Assembly: GCF_006345805.1 (NCBI RefSeq)
Contig: NC_043000.1
Coordinates: 31,992,001-32,056,000, forward strand
From: Octopus sinensis
Lineage: Eukaryota
Length of the DNA stretch: 64,000 nt
Reading direction: 5' to 3'
Each line of letters starts with the position of its first letter. Positions within the stretch are counted from its first letter, which is position 1. The notes below the pieces were generated by a model that was given only the letters and a program-made list of their open reading frames with translations, was not told where the DNA came from and did not search any database. Shown piece by piece: positions 42,749 to 57,012 of the stretch. The position numbers and the translations under genes were made by a program.

Positions 42749-42888
42749 CTTCTGATGAAGATAACATTATTTCGCATCAGAGATCCCTCGAAATTTGTGA
42801 TGATCCATACACCTAGTTTTGTTGGACTTTATTACATAATATACATGGTTATCGCACAAGTAACAATTTATCTGAAACAGCTGTAAAG
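42749..42888 (+). ncRNA. Type I hammerhead motif with ~100-nt stem II insertion
   Basis: ctt-CTGATGA-agataa...ttatct-GAAA-cagctg-TA-aag. The tail ends at (CA)n ~42953. Confidence 0.75.
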
Positions 42889-43696
42889 ATAAGACTTGAT
42901 TACACAATTCATTTATTTGTATATGCAAGTTTCCATGTAAATACACTCTGTTACACACACACATACACACATACGTGCATCAACAGAGATATATATATAC
43001 ATATGTGTGGGGGTGGCGGTGTGTATGTGCGTATATATGAGTCTGTGTATGTATGCGTATATGTGTATGATTGTATGCATGCGTGTATGTATGTATGTAA
43101 ATGTGTTATGTGTATGTGAATGTGTATCAGCGAAAAAAAAAGAGAGGCAAGGAACTCGAAGAGTCGGTCTTTCAAATAAAACTACAGCATGGGAAATTTG
43201 AACCGCCAGACTAAATAATTCTTTGCCATTGATAGTTTCTGAAATACGGTAAGAATTTCATAGAGAACTATAACAATGGACGTTAAGGTTCACCTGTTAT
43301 AATATAAAATATAATAAAAGAGAGTAAAATACGTAATTTCAAGATGATTTGATTAATATTTCTAGCAGAACGATTGACTACACAGGAGTTCTGTCGTTAA
43401 CTCGAATTAAAGCATTTTCTTTCTTTTTTTTTTTTGTGTGTGTAGCACTCAAAACCCTTTACCTCAGTGTTGGAAATTGCTTTCGGTATTTAAAATATTT
43501 GTGAAATTACCTGGTGAAGCTCCAATATTTATTCATCGAATCGATTGGCTGAAAATTGATTGATATTTTGGTAGAATGATGTTTACGAAGACTACGATTG
43601 GAAAAACGTAAATTCGATTTCAAATGTTCAATATATAGATAAGAAGATACATACATGCACGCATACATACATACATGCACGCATACATACATACTA

Positions 43697-43748
<52 letters not shown>

Positions 43749-43755
43749 CAAGCAA

Positions 43756-43873
<118 letters not shown>

Positions 43874-44000
43874 GTATGTATATATATGCATATACATGCA
43901 AACATATATACAGACATATGTATGTTTGTATGTATATATATGTATGTTAGTACATATAAACAAGCAAGCATATATATATATATACATATATGCATGTATG

Positions 44001-44035
<35 letters not shown>

Positions 44036-44669
44036 ATGTATGTATATGTATACATATACATGCAAACATATATACAGACATGTATATTTGTATGTATGTT
44101 TGTCTATATATGTGTGTTTATACATGTGTATGCATGTCTATATATGTTTGTGTATATATATATGTAGATGTAGATGTGTCCATGTGTGTGTATGCGTGTA
44201 TATACATAAATATATATATATATACTTACATATTATGCGTACCTGTGTGTTGAGATGTGCTTTGCATAGAAAGGGAGTGATGATAATAATGATGATGATG
44301 GGAAGAAGAACTACAACAACAACAACAACAACAATTATAATAATAATAATAATAATAATAGTAATAATTTATATAATCTATTATATTTCGTTTTCCCATT
44401 TATAATCAATTACACCAGGTCGAAATAAAGACAATATTGAAGTTTGGCAAAGTTTCCATCGATATCTTAGCGATGTATCACTCTGTGTTCAATATATCGG
44501 CTTTTTTTCTTCTTTTTTTTTTTTGTTTTTTTTTCTTCTTTTTTCGAAAGACAGGCAGGTCATGGTTTTCTTGAGGAAACAACCAATTATTGACAGATCT
44601 TAATAACAACTTGCCCACACTTAGATCCAAACAGATTCTTCACCATTTCCTTTCCTCACTTTTCTCTGA

Positions 44670-45110
44670 GCGTTGTTGCTGTTGCTGCTGCTGCTGCTGC
44701 TGCTGCTGTTATTGTATTCCCTTCCTCGTCTCCTTCATCCCTGTCTTTGTCTTCTACCTTGTCCTTTTCTTCTATTTCTTCTCTTCGTCATCTTCCTCCC
44801 CACTTCATTGTTCTCTTCTTCATCCTACTCCTTCTCCTCCTCCTCTTTTGGTCTTCCACATTTCTCTTTTCCTTTCCTTCTTCTCATCCTCCTCTTCCTG
44901 CTCTTTCATTCATTCTTCTTTGTCTTCGTCTTTTTTCTTCTCATTCTTCCTTTTCTTCATCTTCTTTATCATTATCATCATCTTCCTGTTCTTCTTTTTC
45001 ATCACCTTCACTACTACCATCACCATCATCATCATCTCAATCTTCTTCATCTTCTTCCTCTTCCTCCTCTTTCCTTCTCTCCTCTGCCTCACCACTATCA
45101 CCCCCCCACC
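44670..45110. repeat. Pyrimidine-rich low-complexity tract (CTG/CTT/CAT)
   Basis: Read directly. Confidence 0.9.
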
Positions 45111-45304
45111 TCAGTTACATGTAAATATTTACCTCGCTAATTAAATATAATCCCATAAACAATACCAGTGGAAATATAATCAGTGTGTGGCTAATTAATG
45201 TGCAGTAATTATTTATGAAATAATTAAATTCCCGCTGACGAAGTGGAAAAGATAGTGTAAAGAGATTTCGTAGGTTTGGTAATATAATAGTGGGGGTGGA
45301 GGGT

Positions 45305-45359
45305 GACAGGTTGGTTGGCTGGCTGGCTGGCTGGTTGGTTAGTTGGCTGGCTGGCTGGT

Positions 45360-45402
<43 letters not shown>

Positions 45403-45640
45403 TGGCTGGCTGGCTGGCTGGCTGGCTGGTGGCTGGCTGGCTGGCTGACTGGCTGACTGGCTGGCTGGTTGGTTGGTTGTTTGGTTGATTGTTTGGTTGG
45501 TTGGCTGGCTAGCTGGCTGGTTGGTTAGTTGGTTGGTTGGTTGGTTGGTTGGTTGGCTGGTTGGTTGGCTGGTTGGTTGGTTGGTTGGTTGTTGGTTGGT
45601 TGGTTGGTTGGTTGGTTGGTTGATTGGCTGGCTGGCTGAC
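45305..45640. repeat. (GGCT)n/(GGTT)n compound microsatellite
   Basis: Read directly. Confidence 0.95.
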
Positions 45641-45959
45641 CGGTTATTTTGTTGAACATCATGAATGCTCTCTCCATCTTCTTAACTCCTCTATATTTTG
45701 GTTCTTGGTCATTGATCTGGAATTTAACATTATTAAAGGCCATCCATTGGACAGGGACAATGCATGCTGGGTTGATAAACGCTGACAACGTCACATTGAT
45801 CATATTTCTAGCGAATTATTTAAAATAATAATTGTAAAAAATTTTTAATTAATGCATCAAGAATTTCATTCTCGTCTTCAGAAGACTGTCCTTGTGATAT
45901 CTCCCTTGTTTATGTTCTTGTGGCTAATAAAACAAATTATTGTTATTATTGTTGTTGAT

Positions 45960-47100
45960 TTGATTCGGGTTCGGTCTTATTCTTGGTAGAATTTATGTTA
46001 GTAGCGGTTTACAACTTGTAAATGTTACTACCTGTAACCTTAGTTATTCACAAGCTATCAATAGTCTTTCAAGTACTTAAAACTCTCCTATTAATCTTTC
46101 CTGTTCCCAAGAGACAAACTTTCTGTTGAAGCTCTACAAGGCATTCTATTCCAATCTCCTTCAACCATTTGTCTATATCTTTGCTTACAGTTCCTAATGC
46201 ACCAATTATTACAGGCATAACCTTTACAGTTTTCATATTCCAAATTCTTGCAATTTCAAATTTTAAGGTATTGTTGTTGTTTTTTGTTTGTTTTTTCGCC
46301 TTCTCTTTTTACGATCCTGAAAATCAAACGGACATGATGGATCAATTAGTAAGCAACTTCGCTTTTCTTTGTCTACTACTGTTATGTCTGGTCTGTTGTT
46401 TTCTTGCTTTTTTTATTCATTTGAATAGGAAAATCCCACAAAATCTTACAGTTCTTCTACTCGAGCACTCTTTCGACTCGATGTGTCTCCAGCTTCAAAT
46501 CACCATTTCTGTTGGCAGAATTTCCAGTGTAAAACTTTTATCACTTGATCATACGTCTATTTCTTATATTCTTCCTGTGCCAACTTGAGACATTCTGCAA
46601 CAATGTGTGTCACTGTCTCGTTCCAAGTTCCACAGATTCTACATTTTCTGACACATCCGCCCCATATACGAATGAGGTTGGAAACCAAATCGGAGAATAC
46701 ATTTTCACCTGACCATGTAGCAAATTCCATAAGATAATTCAAATATATTCCCGAAGGAGTAACCTTCGAGACTTAGTTTCGAATATTTCCACATACATCT
46801 TCAGTGGCTCTCTAAAATTGACCGTGCAGACGTTTCTCTTCAATCTGTCTAACGTGCTCTCTTTGAATTCCATTCTTGTCCTTTTATTTTATTCCACACT
46901 TGATCACCGGTTTCTTTTTTCACTGTCTTCGGTATTTCTCCGTGCTGTTCTGTAAATATTCTACGGGGTTTTTCCTTTCCATCTATACACACTTTTCCAC
47001 AGCAATTAAGCCTCTTCTACTCTGGTCTCTCCTCAAGTACAGCCGGTTAATATCAGCTTTCGGATGGTGGGCTCCGTAAGTTGTCAACAGTTTTCTATAC
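45960..47100 (-). mobile_element. 5'-truncated R4/Dong-like element with an internal foreign segment
   Basis: Minus strand: LLTTYGAHHPKADINRLYL.R...RGLI.VE, KRLHGQF, KCRICG..NETVTHIVAECLKLAQEEYK, KILWDFPIQ...RPDI and MPVIIGALG. Tail runs into caacaataataac. Confidence 0.88.
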
Positions 47101-47126
47101 ATTATTAACAGTAGTAGTAGCAGCAG

Positions 47127-47505
47127 GGTGACGAACTGGCAGAATCATTAGCACACCGGACGAAATGCTTAGCGGTATTTCGTCTGCCGTTACGTTCTGA
47201 GTTCAACTTCCGCCGAGGTCGACTTTGCCTTTCATCCTTTCGGGGTCCATTAAATAAGTACCAGTTATGCACTGGGTCGATGTAATCGGCTTAATCCGTT
47301 TGTCTGTCCTTGTTAGTCCCCGCTGTGTTTAGCCCCTTGTGGGTAGTAAAGAAACAGGTATTTCGTCTGCCGCTACGTTCTTAATTCAGATTCCGCCGAG
47401 GTCAATTTTGCCTTTCATCCTTTTAAGTACCAGTAAAACACTGAGGTCGATGTAATCGACTAATCCCCTCCCCCAAATTTCAGGCCTTGTGCTTTTTTAG
47501 GAAGG
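47127..47505 (+). mobile_element. tRNA-derived SINE with partial tandem second unit
   Basis: tggcagaatcattagc...gagttcaacttccgcc...aagtaccag. The internal segment repeats at 47357-47470. Confidence 0.85.
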
Positions 47506-47537
47506 ATTGTTGCTGTTGTTGTTGTTGTTGCTGCTAC

Positions 47538-47571
<34 letters not shown>

Positions 47572-49222
47572 ATTGTAGAAGCTTTAGACATAAATTCGTA
47601 ACAAGACTTTTATTCTTCAAGCTTAATTTCTAGACTTAAATCTAACGATACCAAATCCTTTTTGTCTAAATTTGGTGAAAGTGAAATTCGGAAACATTCG
47701 TTTTATCATGACCTTGCTTACTGACGCGTTTTTTCTTTGTTTGTTTGCTTGTTTGGTTTTGCTTTCTTTTTTTTTTTGGCACTGTCTGGCAATTCGACGT
47801 CTCCAAAATCATAACCCGCAATCAATAGGAAATATAGTTTGTCAGTCGTGTGTTAACCAAAGATAAAGATGGGGAACTACAAAAGATAGACGAGTATGAT
47901 TCAATAAGAAATTTGGTTTTTAATCTTTTTAAGAATCTCGGTATTTCTAGGTACACGTTCCAAGATTTCATTGTCATCTCATCTCAGAAATCTTAAACAT
48001 CTCTTTTTATAGCAGTTCTTTATTCTTGGAGTATTTTTGATGAAATTTTATTGGTTAAATTGTTAAAGAATTCGTATCTAAACTCAAATTCTTCAAATGG
48101 AACGTACTGTAGCTGAAGGCTTTCATTTATTTGAAGCTTCACATATTGACGATGCAAAATTGCTGAAAACAAAATAAAACTGCATACTTTACTCAGATAC
48201 TACAATGGTCCGATGTTTCTTCTTGGAAGAGAACATTTTGTTTTTTTATTTCACTCAATCCAAATGTTATAATTGTTAATTAAAGTTTCTAATTTCATGT
48301 AATTCTCTGACTTAATACAAGCAGATGTCATTTAAAATGTGACTTTAATACACTCCATAGGTTAAGAATTCTTTTGACACGTTATTTTTCATAAACTACT
48401 CGAGTGACAGGACGGGTATTTCATTTTTACTAGTTCCTCACCATCGTTGTTTAATTACTTTACCAAAGGTGGTGAGGAACCGCTACTGAAATGCACGATA
48501 TAAGTTTAACAAATAGTCAATATTAGAAGATAATTCTTCAACACTATGAGGACATGCTAAATGGAGAAGTTCCAACTCTTTTTCATGAGAAGCAAGTTTG
48601 GTTTTATCGAATTTCATTAATGTCAAGATTAATAAAGTTTTCAATATGAATTGTCAATTTATCTAAGAATTTCTTCATGACTTGAATCAGCAATACCTTT
48701 GGTAACAGAAATTAACCCCTACAAATTGCTCTATCATTTTATTTAGCCGTTCACCGAAATATTTGGCACACACAGACACACCCAAACACGCGCTCATACA
48801 CACAGACACACACATATAAATACTTTTCCCTTAGCAATATCAATTGACTCATCGAAAAACCAAATGAAATTATTTTTGTCATCAGTTTGTTCTTTCAGCA
48901 AAGATGAAGCAATAACGTTTTATTTCTAACTGCTGTGTGTTTTGTTTTCAAATCACGTGCAGGTCGAAGGAATGTCGAAAAATCGAGAGTACGTGTAGAC
49001 TGTGATGATAGTCGTGTCTGTGCTGATATAGTAATCATACTGTGATCCTAAGTGGATGTTAAAACGATCCGAACTTTTGGGGATATTAACACTGTATGAC
49101 TGGGGGGTCGTATAGTTCCAGATAGAACTCTTCTATTGACTACGAAATATAACACTATCTGTCAGAGCGACAATCTTCGACTAAAGACAGATACAACAGT
49201 GGCAAAAGATTGCTTTACAACA

Positions 49223-49410
49223 GTGACGACGAGGAAAAACAAATTTATACGGAATGAAAGAAAAAACATTCAGACAGAGAGTTTAAACCAATTCACGTGG
49301 AACTTAAATAACTCGACAAAAAAGGAAACGAAAATTTTGTTGTGCAAACTTACGAAAATTGTAAACTGTGAAAGACTTATTAGCTGAGATAACTGAGTTG
49401 CAAAAACAGC

Positions 49411-49442
<32 letters not shown>

Positions 49443-50555
49443 CTCAAGGAACAACGAGAACAACAACAAGGATTACAGCGGCAAATGTTGCAACGAATGA
49501 GGTTGGAAACCAAATCGGAGAATACATTTTCACCTGACCATGTAGCAAATTCCAAACGCGAATTCAAATATATTCCCGAAGGATTAACCTTGAAACTTAG
49601 TTTCGAATATTTCAACAAATATTTGAAAAAGAATGTCAGGATTGGACGGACGAAATGAAAATGCGTCTAGTGTTAAGAAAACTAGCGACAGCAGAGCATG
49701 AGAAGTATAGTAATTTCATAGTGCCAAAAAATAAAGAGTCCTACATAAATTTTACCGACACAGTTGACATTTTGTGCAAAATGTTTAGTGAAAAGATCTC
49801 ATTGTTTAATACTAGATGGAAATATTTAAACAGAAAAGAGAGAAGATGAAGATGAAGATTTCACTACTTACACAGGCAGAGTTAACAAAGAATGTAAAAG
49901 ATTTTGGCTAGATGTGCTTACTATAGATTCTTTCAAGTGTTTGAGTTTTGCAGGAGGATTGACAGATAAAAGGAATGCAGAAATCCGAAAGAAAATTCTA
50001 TCAAAACTGGAAATGAACCAGGATTTGACATTGCAGAAACTGTCGGAAGAGTGTGATCGGATATTAAAATTAAGGCATGATATGGAAGAAATTCAACAGA
50101 GAGAGTGTTTTCACTTATGACCAGTGCAAAAAAGTCGGAAGACAAATAAGGTGTCGCAGGAAAAACAGAAAAAATATCGGGATGTAGACCTATGCATGGA
50201 ATGGGGTTGGAAGCACCTGAAGAAAAATTGTCCGTATAAAAAAAAAAGCAATGTTTTCGCTGAGGATTTACAGGATATAAAATCGCACTGAAAAATTAGG
50301 AGGGTTAGGAAAATAGAACAAACAAGAAAAATAAACAGTTTGTCAGCAAGAAAAGTTATGACTACAACAAAAAGAAAGTTCGTGAATGTGAGAATTAAAA
50401 ACATTAGGGTCAGAATGCAAGTAGACACGGGAAGTGCTATCACAATCATAAACGAGAAAACATGGGAACAAATGGGTAAATCAAAATTATGTAATTCAAA
50501 CAAAATAGCGTATGGTGTTACAGGAAGAAAATTATATTTCACGGGAGAACGGTGA
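49223..50555 (+). mobile_element. Gypsy/Ty3 (K02A2.6-like) LTR retrotransposon remnant: gag + aspartic protease
   Basis: PBS-like tgacgacgagg at 49224. Gag motifs KMRLVLRKL...EHEKY.NFI.PK, SLFNTRWKYLN and FKCL.F..GL...AEIR.KIL.KLE. Protease MQVDTGSAITII..KTW..MG. No RT follows. Confidence 0.85.
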
Positions 50556-53475
50556 TAAGGTATATGTAAAATGGCAAGCAATATATTCTAATTTTTGCAT
50601 GAGGAATTACAAATGCAACAAAATGCCTTCAGTACTACTTCTTAGTGATATTGGGATGAAAAAGGACTTGTTAAATTCATGGATAATCATTATGTGTTGT
50701 AAAGAAAATTGTTGATCAGTTAAGTAGGATTTTTGAAACATTTTAACGTATTTTCTCTACTGGCTCGCTGTATAAACGAGAATAGTAAGGAAATGGATAA
50801 AATATATTTATTTTTTAAAGATTCTTAGCTTACCCAGGCATCCGCAAACGCATGAACAACTGTTACAAAGAACATCTGATTCACTTTATTATGCTAGGAA
50901 TCTTTTACATGTCGCTCTCCAAGCTTAAAATAACATACGTATGTCCCTCGATTCATGTCCTACGCTCTTAAATAGCAAAGAATGCATGCTGTATTTAGAT
51001 AGCCTGTTAGCGAAGTCCCACTATTAGCGAAGTTGCAAAAATAGTGTTACCTAAAAGTGCCCACCCACAAAACCACGTTATCAAACATTACTACTAAACA
51101 ATGCCCGTCCGACAGTGCTTCGGTTGTACATTCATTCATTTTGTAATTCCTACGAATGTCATTACAATACATTAATTATATATAATTATCAAAATATTTG
51201 GTGTTTTAAATTAATTTTAAACATTTTTGCATTGAATGAATGAAGAAAAATACTTTAAGATACAAATTCACAATTGTAACGATTGCTCGAACAACTGGTT
51301 TATAACATATAATGTAATTGGTAGTGCTGTAGCAGCTGTTGTATAATGCAATCAGTAATAAAGTTTCAATAAAGCAATCAGTTTGAATGAGGAATACAAA
51401 TTCATGTCTTCTTGCTTTATGCATTAACTTTATGAACTGCATTGGCAATCACTGTATCAAATGATTTAATTCTATACTAATTACTGTGTCTCTATTGTTT
51501 GGTTTGCCAAGATTTTGTCATTTAATTTCTCTATAAATTTTACTGATTGACCAAAAATATCGTTAATATAAATTTTTTAATAAAATAGAAAATTAATTTT
51601 AGCATCAAAATTGCTTTAATTATTCCAAAAAGTAACAAGTTACTGAATCGTTAAATGAATAGTAGCAAGCAGTCCTGAAGACGAGTGAAATATACAAATT
51701 GTGGTTCAATCTGGCGACTCGTGTGTGATTGGAATGAAATTTGGAACTTAGAAACATGAATCATTTAATGGCTTAGATTAGGGGTGGACGGGCAGCGTCC
51801 GTGACTATTTTCGGGGTCTTCGAGATAAGTGTGAAGGAGAAAATAGAGGAAGGGATTTTTTTTTGACGGAAGACATGACCTGAATGGACATCGCTAAAGA
51901 TACCCAAGGATGAGGTGTTGGTATTAAACTGGATGACGGATTAACTCTAAAATCCAACTGCCTACTTCTCTGGCAGTGTGATACAATTTACAACAAAAGT
52001 GAGCCTTTGAATTACAATAATAATCGAGTTTCCACACAGTTTCCTTTGACCTAGTTTTAATCGGGAGGTTTGGGTGAACTTCTATAGCATCTCTAAAAAG
52101 ATACATAAAATATTCTTTTTATTTCATTCTAAAAAATGTTCTGATATGTTTTTGGAAGCAAGTGTTTTGTGGAAAGGTACTTTAAAAATGTAATATACTG
52201 TATCACAGAGTTTAACAAGTATTTGTGTATCTTGTCCAGTAACACATGTGTTTTGTTTTTTTGTTTAAAATAAACGGAGGAAGCAAAGAACTAGTTTTCA
52301 CTACACTGGGTTGAAACTTAAACGTTGAATATCTTGAGCCATTGACGATGAGAAGTATGAAGTATTTTTACTTGTAACATGGTGTGTGAGTATGAATCTG
52401 TAAAGTAAAACCTTTTGTCTAAGATGCCATGAAGTAAGCTCGATCTCGTGAACTTATAATGGCAAAATGGATATTTTAAGCATTCAGCCAGCAAAATGAG
52501 TATCTCATTAGTATGGCTAACCACCTGGCGGCGGTGCAGTTGGTGGGTGGGGATTAATTATATCAAAGCTAATTTATTATAAGTTTATTCAGAAAATATG
52601 AGTTGTAACAAATAAATGGATTTTAGTTTCCTGTGAATTTTTATAGACCAATTTTTACCAACTCAGACCACCACCGCTAGCGCCAACACCTCGACCACTT
52701 TCACAGCTACCACCCCCAATACTACTGCCATCACCACAACAATCTTACCTCTACCATCACAGCCACCATTATCCGCAACAACACGGCCATCATCATCACA
52801 ACCATCAACACCACCACCAACAAAACCATCATCACATCTCCATTGCCACTACTGTCGCAGCCAGCACAATTACCACCACTATCACCATAACCATCACCAC
52901 TATGGCAACCATATCACCACCACAACCGCAACCACTATCTCCACCACCAGTTGCACTGAATTCCGAATCTATATTTACTTTCAACACCATCCATGAAACC
53001 ATAAAGACGGACCCGTCCATGACAGCGCACTGAATCCCAGCGGCCATATTTGCTCTAATACATATTTTCCCCTTAATAGCTTTTCACTAAACGACGTTGA
53101 ACTCGGACGGGCGACCAGAGAGGAGTCGACGAGAGACTTTATCAACTGGTGTCAATTTTCACTAAATCAACATTTCTGCAACGCCGTTGACGTCAACTGT
53201 GAATTTTCCTTGAATAATTCACACTTGCTTCAAATGAATTATAGATATAAAGTTTCCAATATGTCCGTGTCGTTGGTCTGTATGACGACCAACGAGAGGA
53301 AAAGTTGGCTATTACTTGCAGTCTACGAGTTTACTGAGGTTAATCATGCAGGCCTGTCGTTGATCAACATTTTACTTAAGTACATGGACAAGCGACACCA
53401 CACACACACAACTACACACGTACACAAACAGAAACGCACACACTCCACTCAAAGATATATACATACATACATACA

Positions 53476-53511
<36 letters not shown>

Positions 53512-53837
53512 TATATATATCATATCTGGGCATGCATTTGCACATACGCACACACACGTATGTACATACAAAGGTTTACTGACTGACGCACACAGACACA
53601 CGCATAAGTTTCATATACATACACACTCTAGTATATAAATACGTATGTGTGCATGTGTGCCTATGTGTACGTGTCTTTGTGCGCCTTTGTTTGTTTGTGT
53701 GTGTGTGTGCCCACGCAAATGCATATCAATAGGCACAAACATTTACAAAAGCACACATACACAAAGATTTGTGAAAACACATACACACAAATCCATTTAT
53801 ATACTTATACACACAGACGTGAATGCATAATTATATA

Positions 53838-53908
<71 letters not shown>

Positions 53909-54823
53909 CATATATACATATATAGAAAGATAATACATATATGTGTATATATATAGACATGCATATATATATATATAAATGTGTGTCTGTGTGTGTGTTT
54001 ATATGTATATATATATGTATATGTATATACATATAAATACATATATAGATACATAGATAGAGAGATATTCACACAAGCATATACATCTATATATGTACAT
54101 ACGTAGATACATATAGGAATGCATACATAAATGTGGGTGTGTGTATGTATACACCACACAGAAATACAAACCAACACGCTTGTGTATATAACCAAATTAC
54201 ACATATTCATATGTTAATACTCTTCTACGGACATATTAACATCTACTCATGTTTGTTTCCATCCCTTGGCACGCAAACCAATAAATATATATTTTCATTT
54301 CCTCAAATACATACATACATACATAATATTCACTATGCGCATGTTTATATGCATATATATTTACATTGTCACGTGCTCACACTACCGTTCTATGTACATA
54401 CAAACACATGAAAGACACACATTCCATGAATGTCTTCGCTGCTGTAATGAATTGCCATTCATAAGAAATGTCTCACTTCGTAAAATGTTTAATTTATATA
54501 TCTCAGGTAATGCCATGCTGACGAGCTCTAAGGAGAACGAAGTAGTACTGTGTATGATTACCATGACTAGAAATTTTAAAGAAATTTGTCATAAGTAAGC
54601 AAGAAAAGAAAAGAAAATATGATTATCCTCTGCATCTTTTTTTCTTCCTTTTCCCTTGATTTTTAATTCAAACTTCTGATCCCGCAAAGTGTTATAAAGA
54701 AATAATTATCTCCCTTTATAATAACAGGCGTCTAGACTTCAACACGTATATATGTTTGTATGTATGTGCGTGTATACATACATGCACACACGCGCACACA
54801 CGCACACATACACATACATACAC

Positions 54824-54866
<43 letters not shown>

Positions 54867-54983
54867 AAAACTTTATATATAAAGAACGTGAAATACACGA
54901 ATTGACGAACACGGAAAACAGACAGTCATTCAGAGCCTTCATTCTTCAGTCAGAAACCGATTCATCATGGCAAATTTCGGCTG

Positions 54984-55061
<78 letters not shown>

Positions 55062-55689
55062 TATATACATAAAATATCGAGATGTGTGCATGTGTGTTAT
55101 GTGCATGTATGCATGTAGATACATGTATATATTAAAAGATGGTGCAATTTTTACGTCACCCATCCTTATGCAGATATGTAAGTGTATGTTATGTATATAT
55201 GTATATATATGTATATATACGCGTGTGTGTATGTATCTACGCGTTACCTCTTCTTTTGATGCCATATATCACTGGCTAACGTTGGACCATTGAACTACTC
55301 TTTGGTTCTAAAAGAGACTCTTCGATTATTCAGCTTCACCTTAAAAGGACTCACCGTTGCCCCGGCATATTTCTGTAAGTCCTCCGCTGTTGTCAGATAA
55401 CACCGCTTCTGCTCCGTAGACCAAGATTTTTGGTAACATGATAGTCGCTATTTTTAGAATAGAGAACGATATACCTGCTCATACACACAAACGACATGAT
55501 CCGACCATAGTGGCATGAATTTATACGAAATAACTTTTTTCCCTCCCGGAAAAGGTTTCAAAATTTTCACCAAGTTTCGTTCGGGTGAACATCATCCCAA
55601 CTGGAGTCTCTATGCACTTCCAGCGCAAAAGAGGTTATGCGCTTCCGGCCACTATATCTGAAGAGTTATCGAAATTGATTCAAATGTTA

Positions 55690-55890
55690 GCACAAAGCCA
55701 GTAAGTTCGTGGGAGGCAGTAAGTTGATTACATCGGCCCCAATGGTCAACTGGTACTTATTTTATCGATCTCGAAAGGGTGAAAGGTAAAAGCAAACCCC
55801 GGCGGAATTTGAACTTAGAACGTAAAGACGGACGTAATGCCGCTAAGCATTTTTCCCGGCGTGCTAACGATTCTGCTACTTCACCCTCTT
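55690..55890 (-). mobile_element. tRNA-derived SINE copy
   Basis: Reverse complement of the 14233 family. A further degenerate copy lies at ~41890-42035. Confidence 0.75.
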
Positions 55891-56544
55891 TGACGTGTCA
55901 TCAATATTGACAAGTGCAATAACCAGCACGAAACTGACGGTAACATTCCAGCCGGTCGTATACCATAACCGTAAATCTATTATTCGACGCTATTAAAAAA
56001 AAAAAAAAACTATTTCTCATATTGAGTGTGCTTTTATCCTTTTAAGGATTTTTCCTAAAGTAAATAGTAAGTGATAATTTTTTATTTATGGACACTTACT
56101 GATTTTATATATATATATATATATATATATCGAAATGTTACCGCCGAGCAGTGTTTAGGTATAAGCAAAATTTAAGTTAGTTAAAATATGTTCATGACGT
56201 GTAAGTTTGTTCAGATTTGCCTCTCTTCGGTAGATTCCATCGACAAGAGTCAAAAAACTCGAAACATCGATGTCTAGGATTCTTAATAGATGGCGATACT
56301 GAAAAAAAACCGGTGTTTTCACATCTTTTTACCATAAGAGAGATATTTTCTCTACGGTATCTGCAGTGAATTTGTCTTTTAGCAGTTGAAATATGTCACA
56401 AATATATTTCAACTATCCTAGATTGTGTGTGTGTGTGTGTGTGTGTGGATGAGGGATTGATGAATATGTATGTATGCATGTATGTATGCACGTGAGCATG
56501 CATGCGTGTATGTATACATGCATGTATTTATGTATGTTTGTATG

Positions 56545-57012
56545 CCATTGTTCAGTTTTATTTCAAGATTTCTTGCCAATAGAGAAAGAGCCGGTTTCTA
56601 ACTTAGATTCAAGGTTTCTTCATTGGAATTTCAATATCAACAATAGGGTATTTTTGCTAGTATGCATGTATGTGCAGATTTGTATGTTTTGCTTTATATA
56701 TGCATTTCATGCATATTTAAAAGATAAACATGCTCATATATACTTAAATGATAAACTTCTGGAAAGTTTTACAGATTTTTACAGTTACGGTGATGGCTTG
56801 GACCTGTAGTCTTTAAATCAGCTTTCTCCTTTCTGGTTTTGAGAAGCCTAATTTCTCAAAATTTATTACTTAGATGGTGTGTTACATATCCCAGGGCCCC
56901 AATAAATATTTATAACCTGGATGGAGTAACTGCAGATTTCTCAATAGTTCAGCGTAGGTGTTCTCTTTTTCACTGATCTTCAGCTTTATCTTAACATCCG
57001 CTGGGCAGCTAA
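56545..57012 (-). mobile_element. 5'-truncated R4-like RLE element inserted in (CATA)n
   Basis: ISCPADVKIKLKISEKENTYAELLRNLQLL.PGYK...IGALG. Related to 38725-39282. (TATG)n on both flanks. Confidence 0.85.

Noticed and set aside
45235-45252. CTGACGA-agtg-GAAA (similar at 51675-51692)
   Set aside because: There is no room for stem II and no stem I; chance matches.
45655-45800. Possible RTE-type LINE C-terminal remnant on the minus strand
   Set aside because: Only a vague resemblance (GWPL..L...RRWR); not supportable without a search.
47980-48180. Strong-looking splice acceptor (ttttgttttcag) on the minus strand at ~48157
   Set aside because: The downstream frames close within ~50 codons, with no recognisable protein or partner exon.
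51020-51830. Weak inverted similarity between 51020-51070 and 51781-51830 (possible old TIRs)
   Set aside because: Identity is too low to distinguish from chance by eye.
54511-54562. CTGACGA-gctc(taag)gag...GAAG hammerhead-like string
   Set aside because: GAAA is replaced by GAAG, and the stem II register and stem III do not close convincingly.
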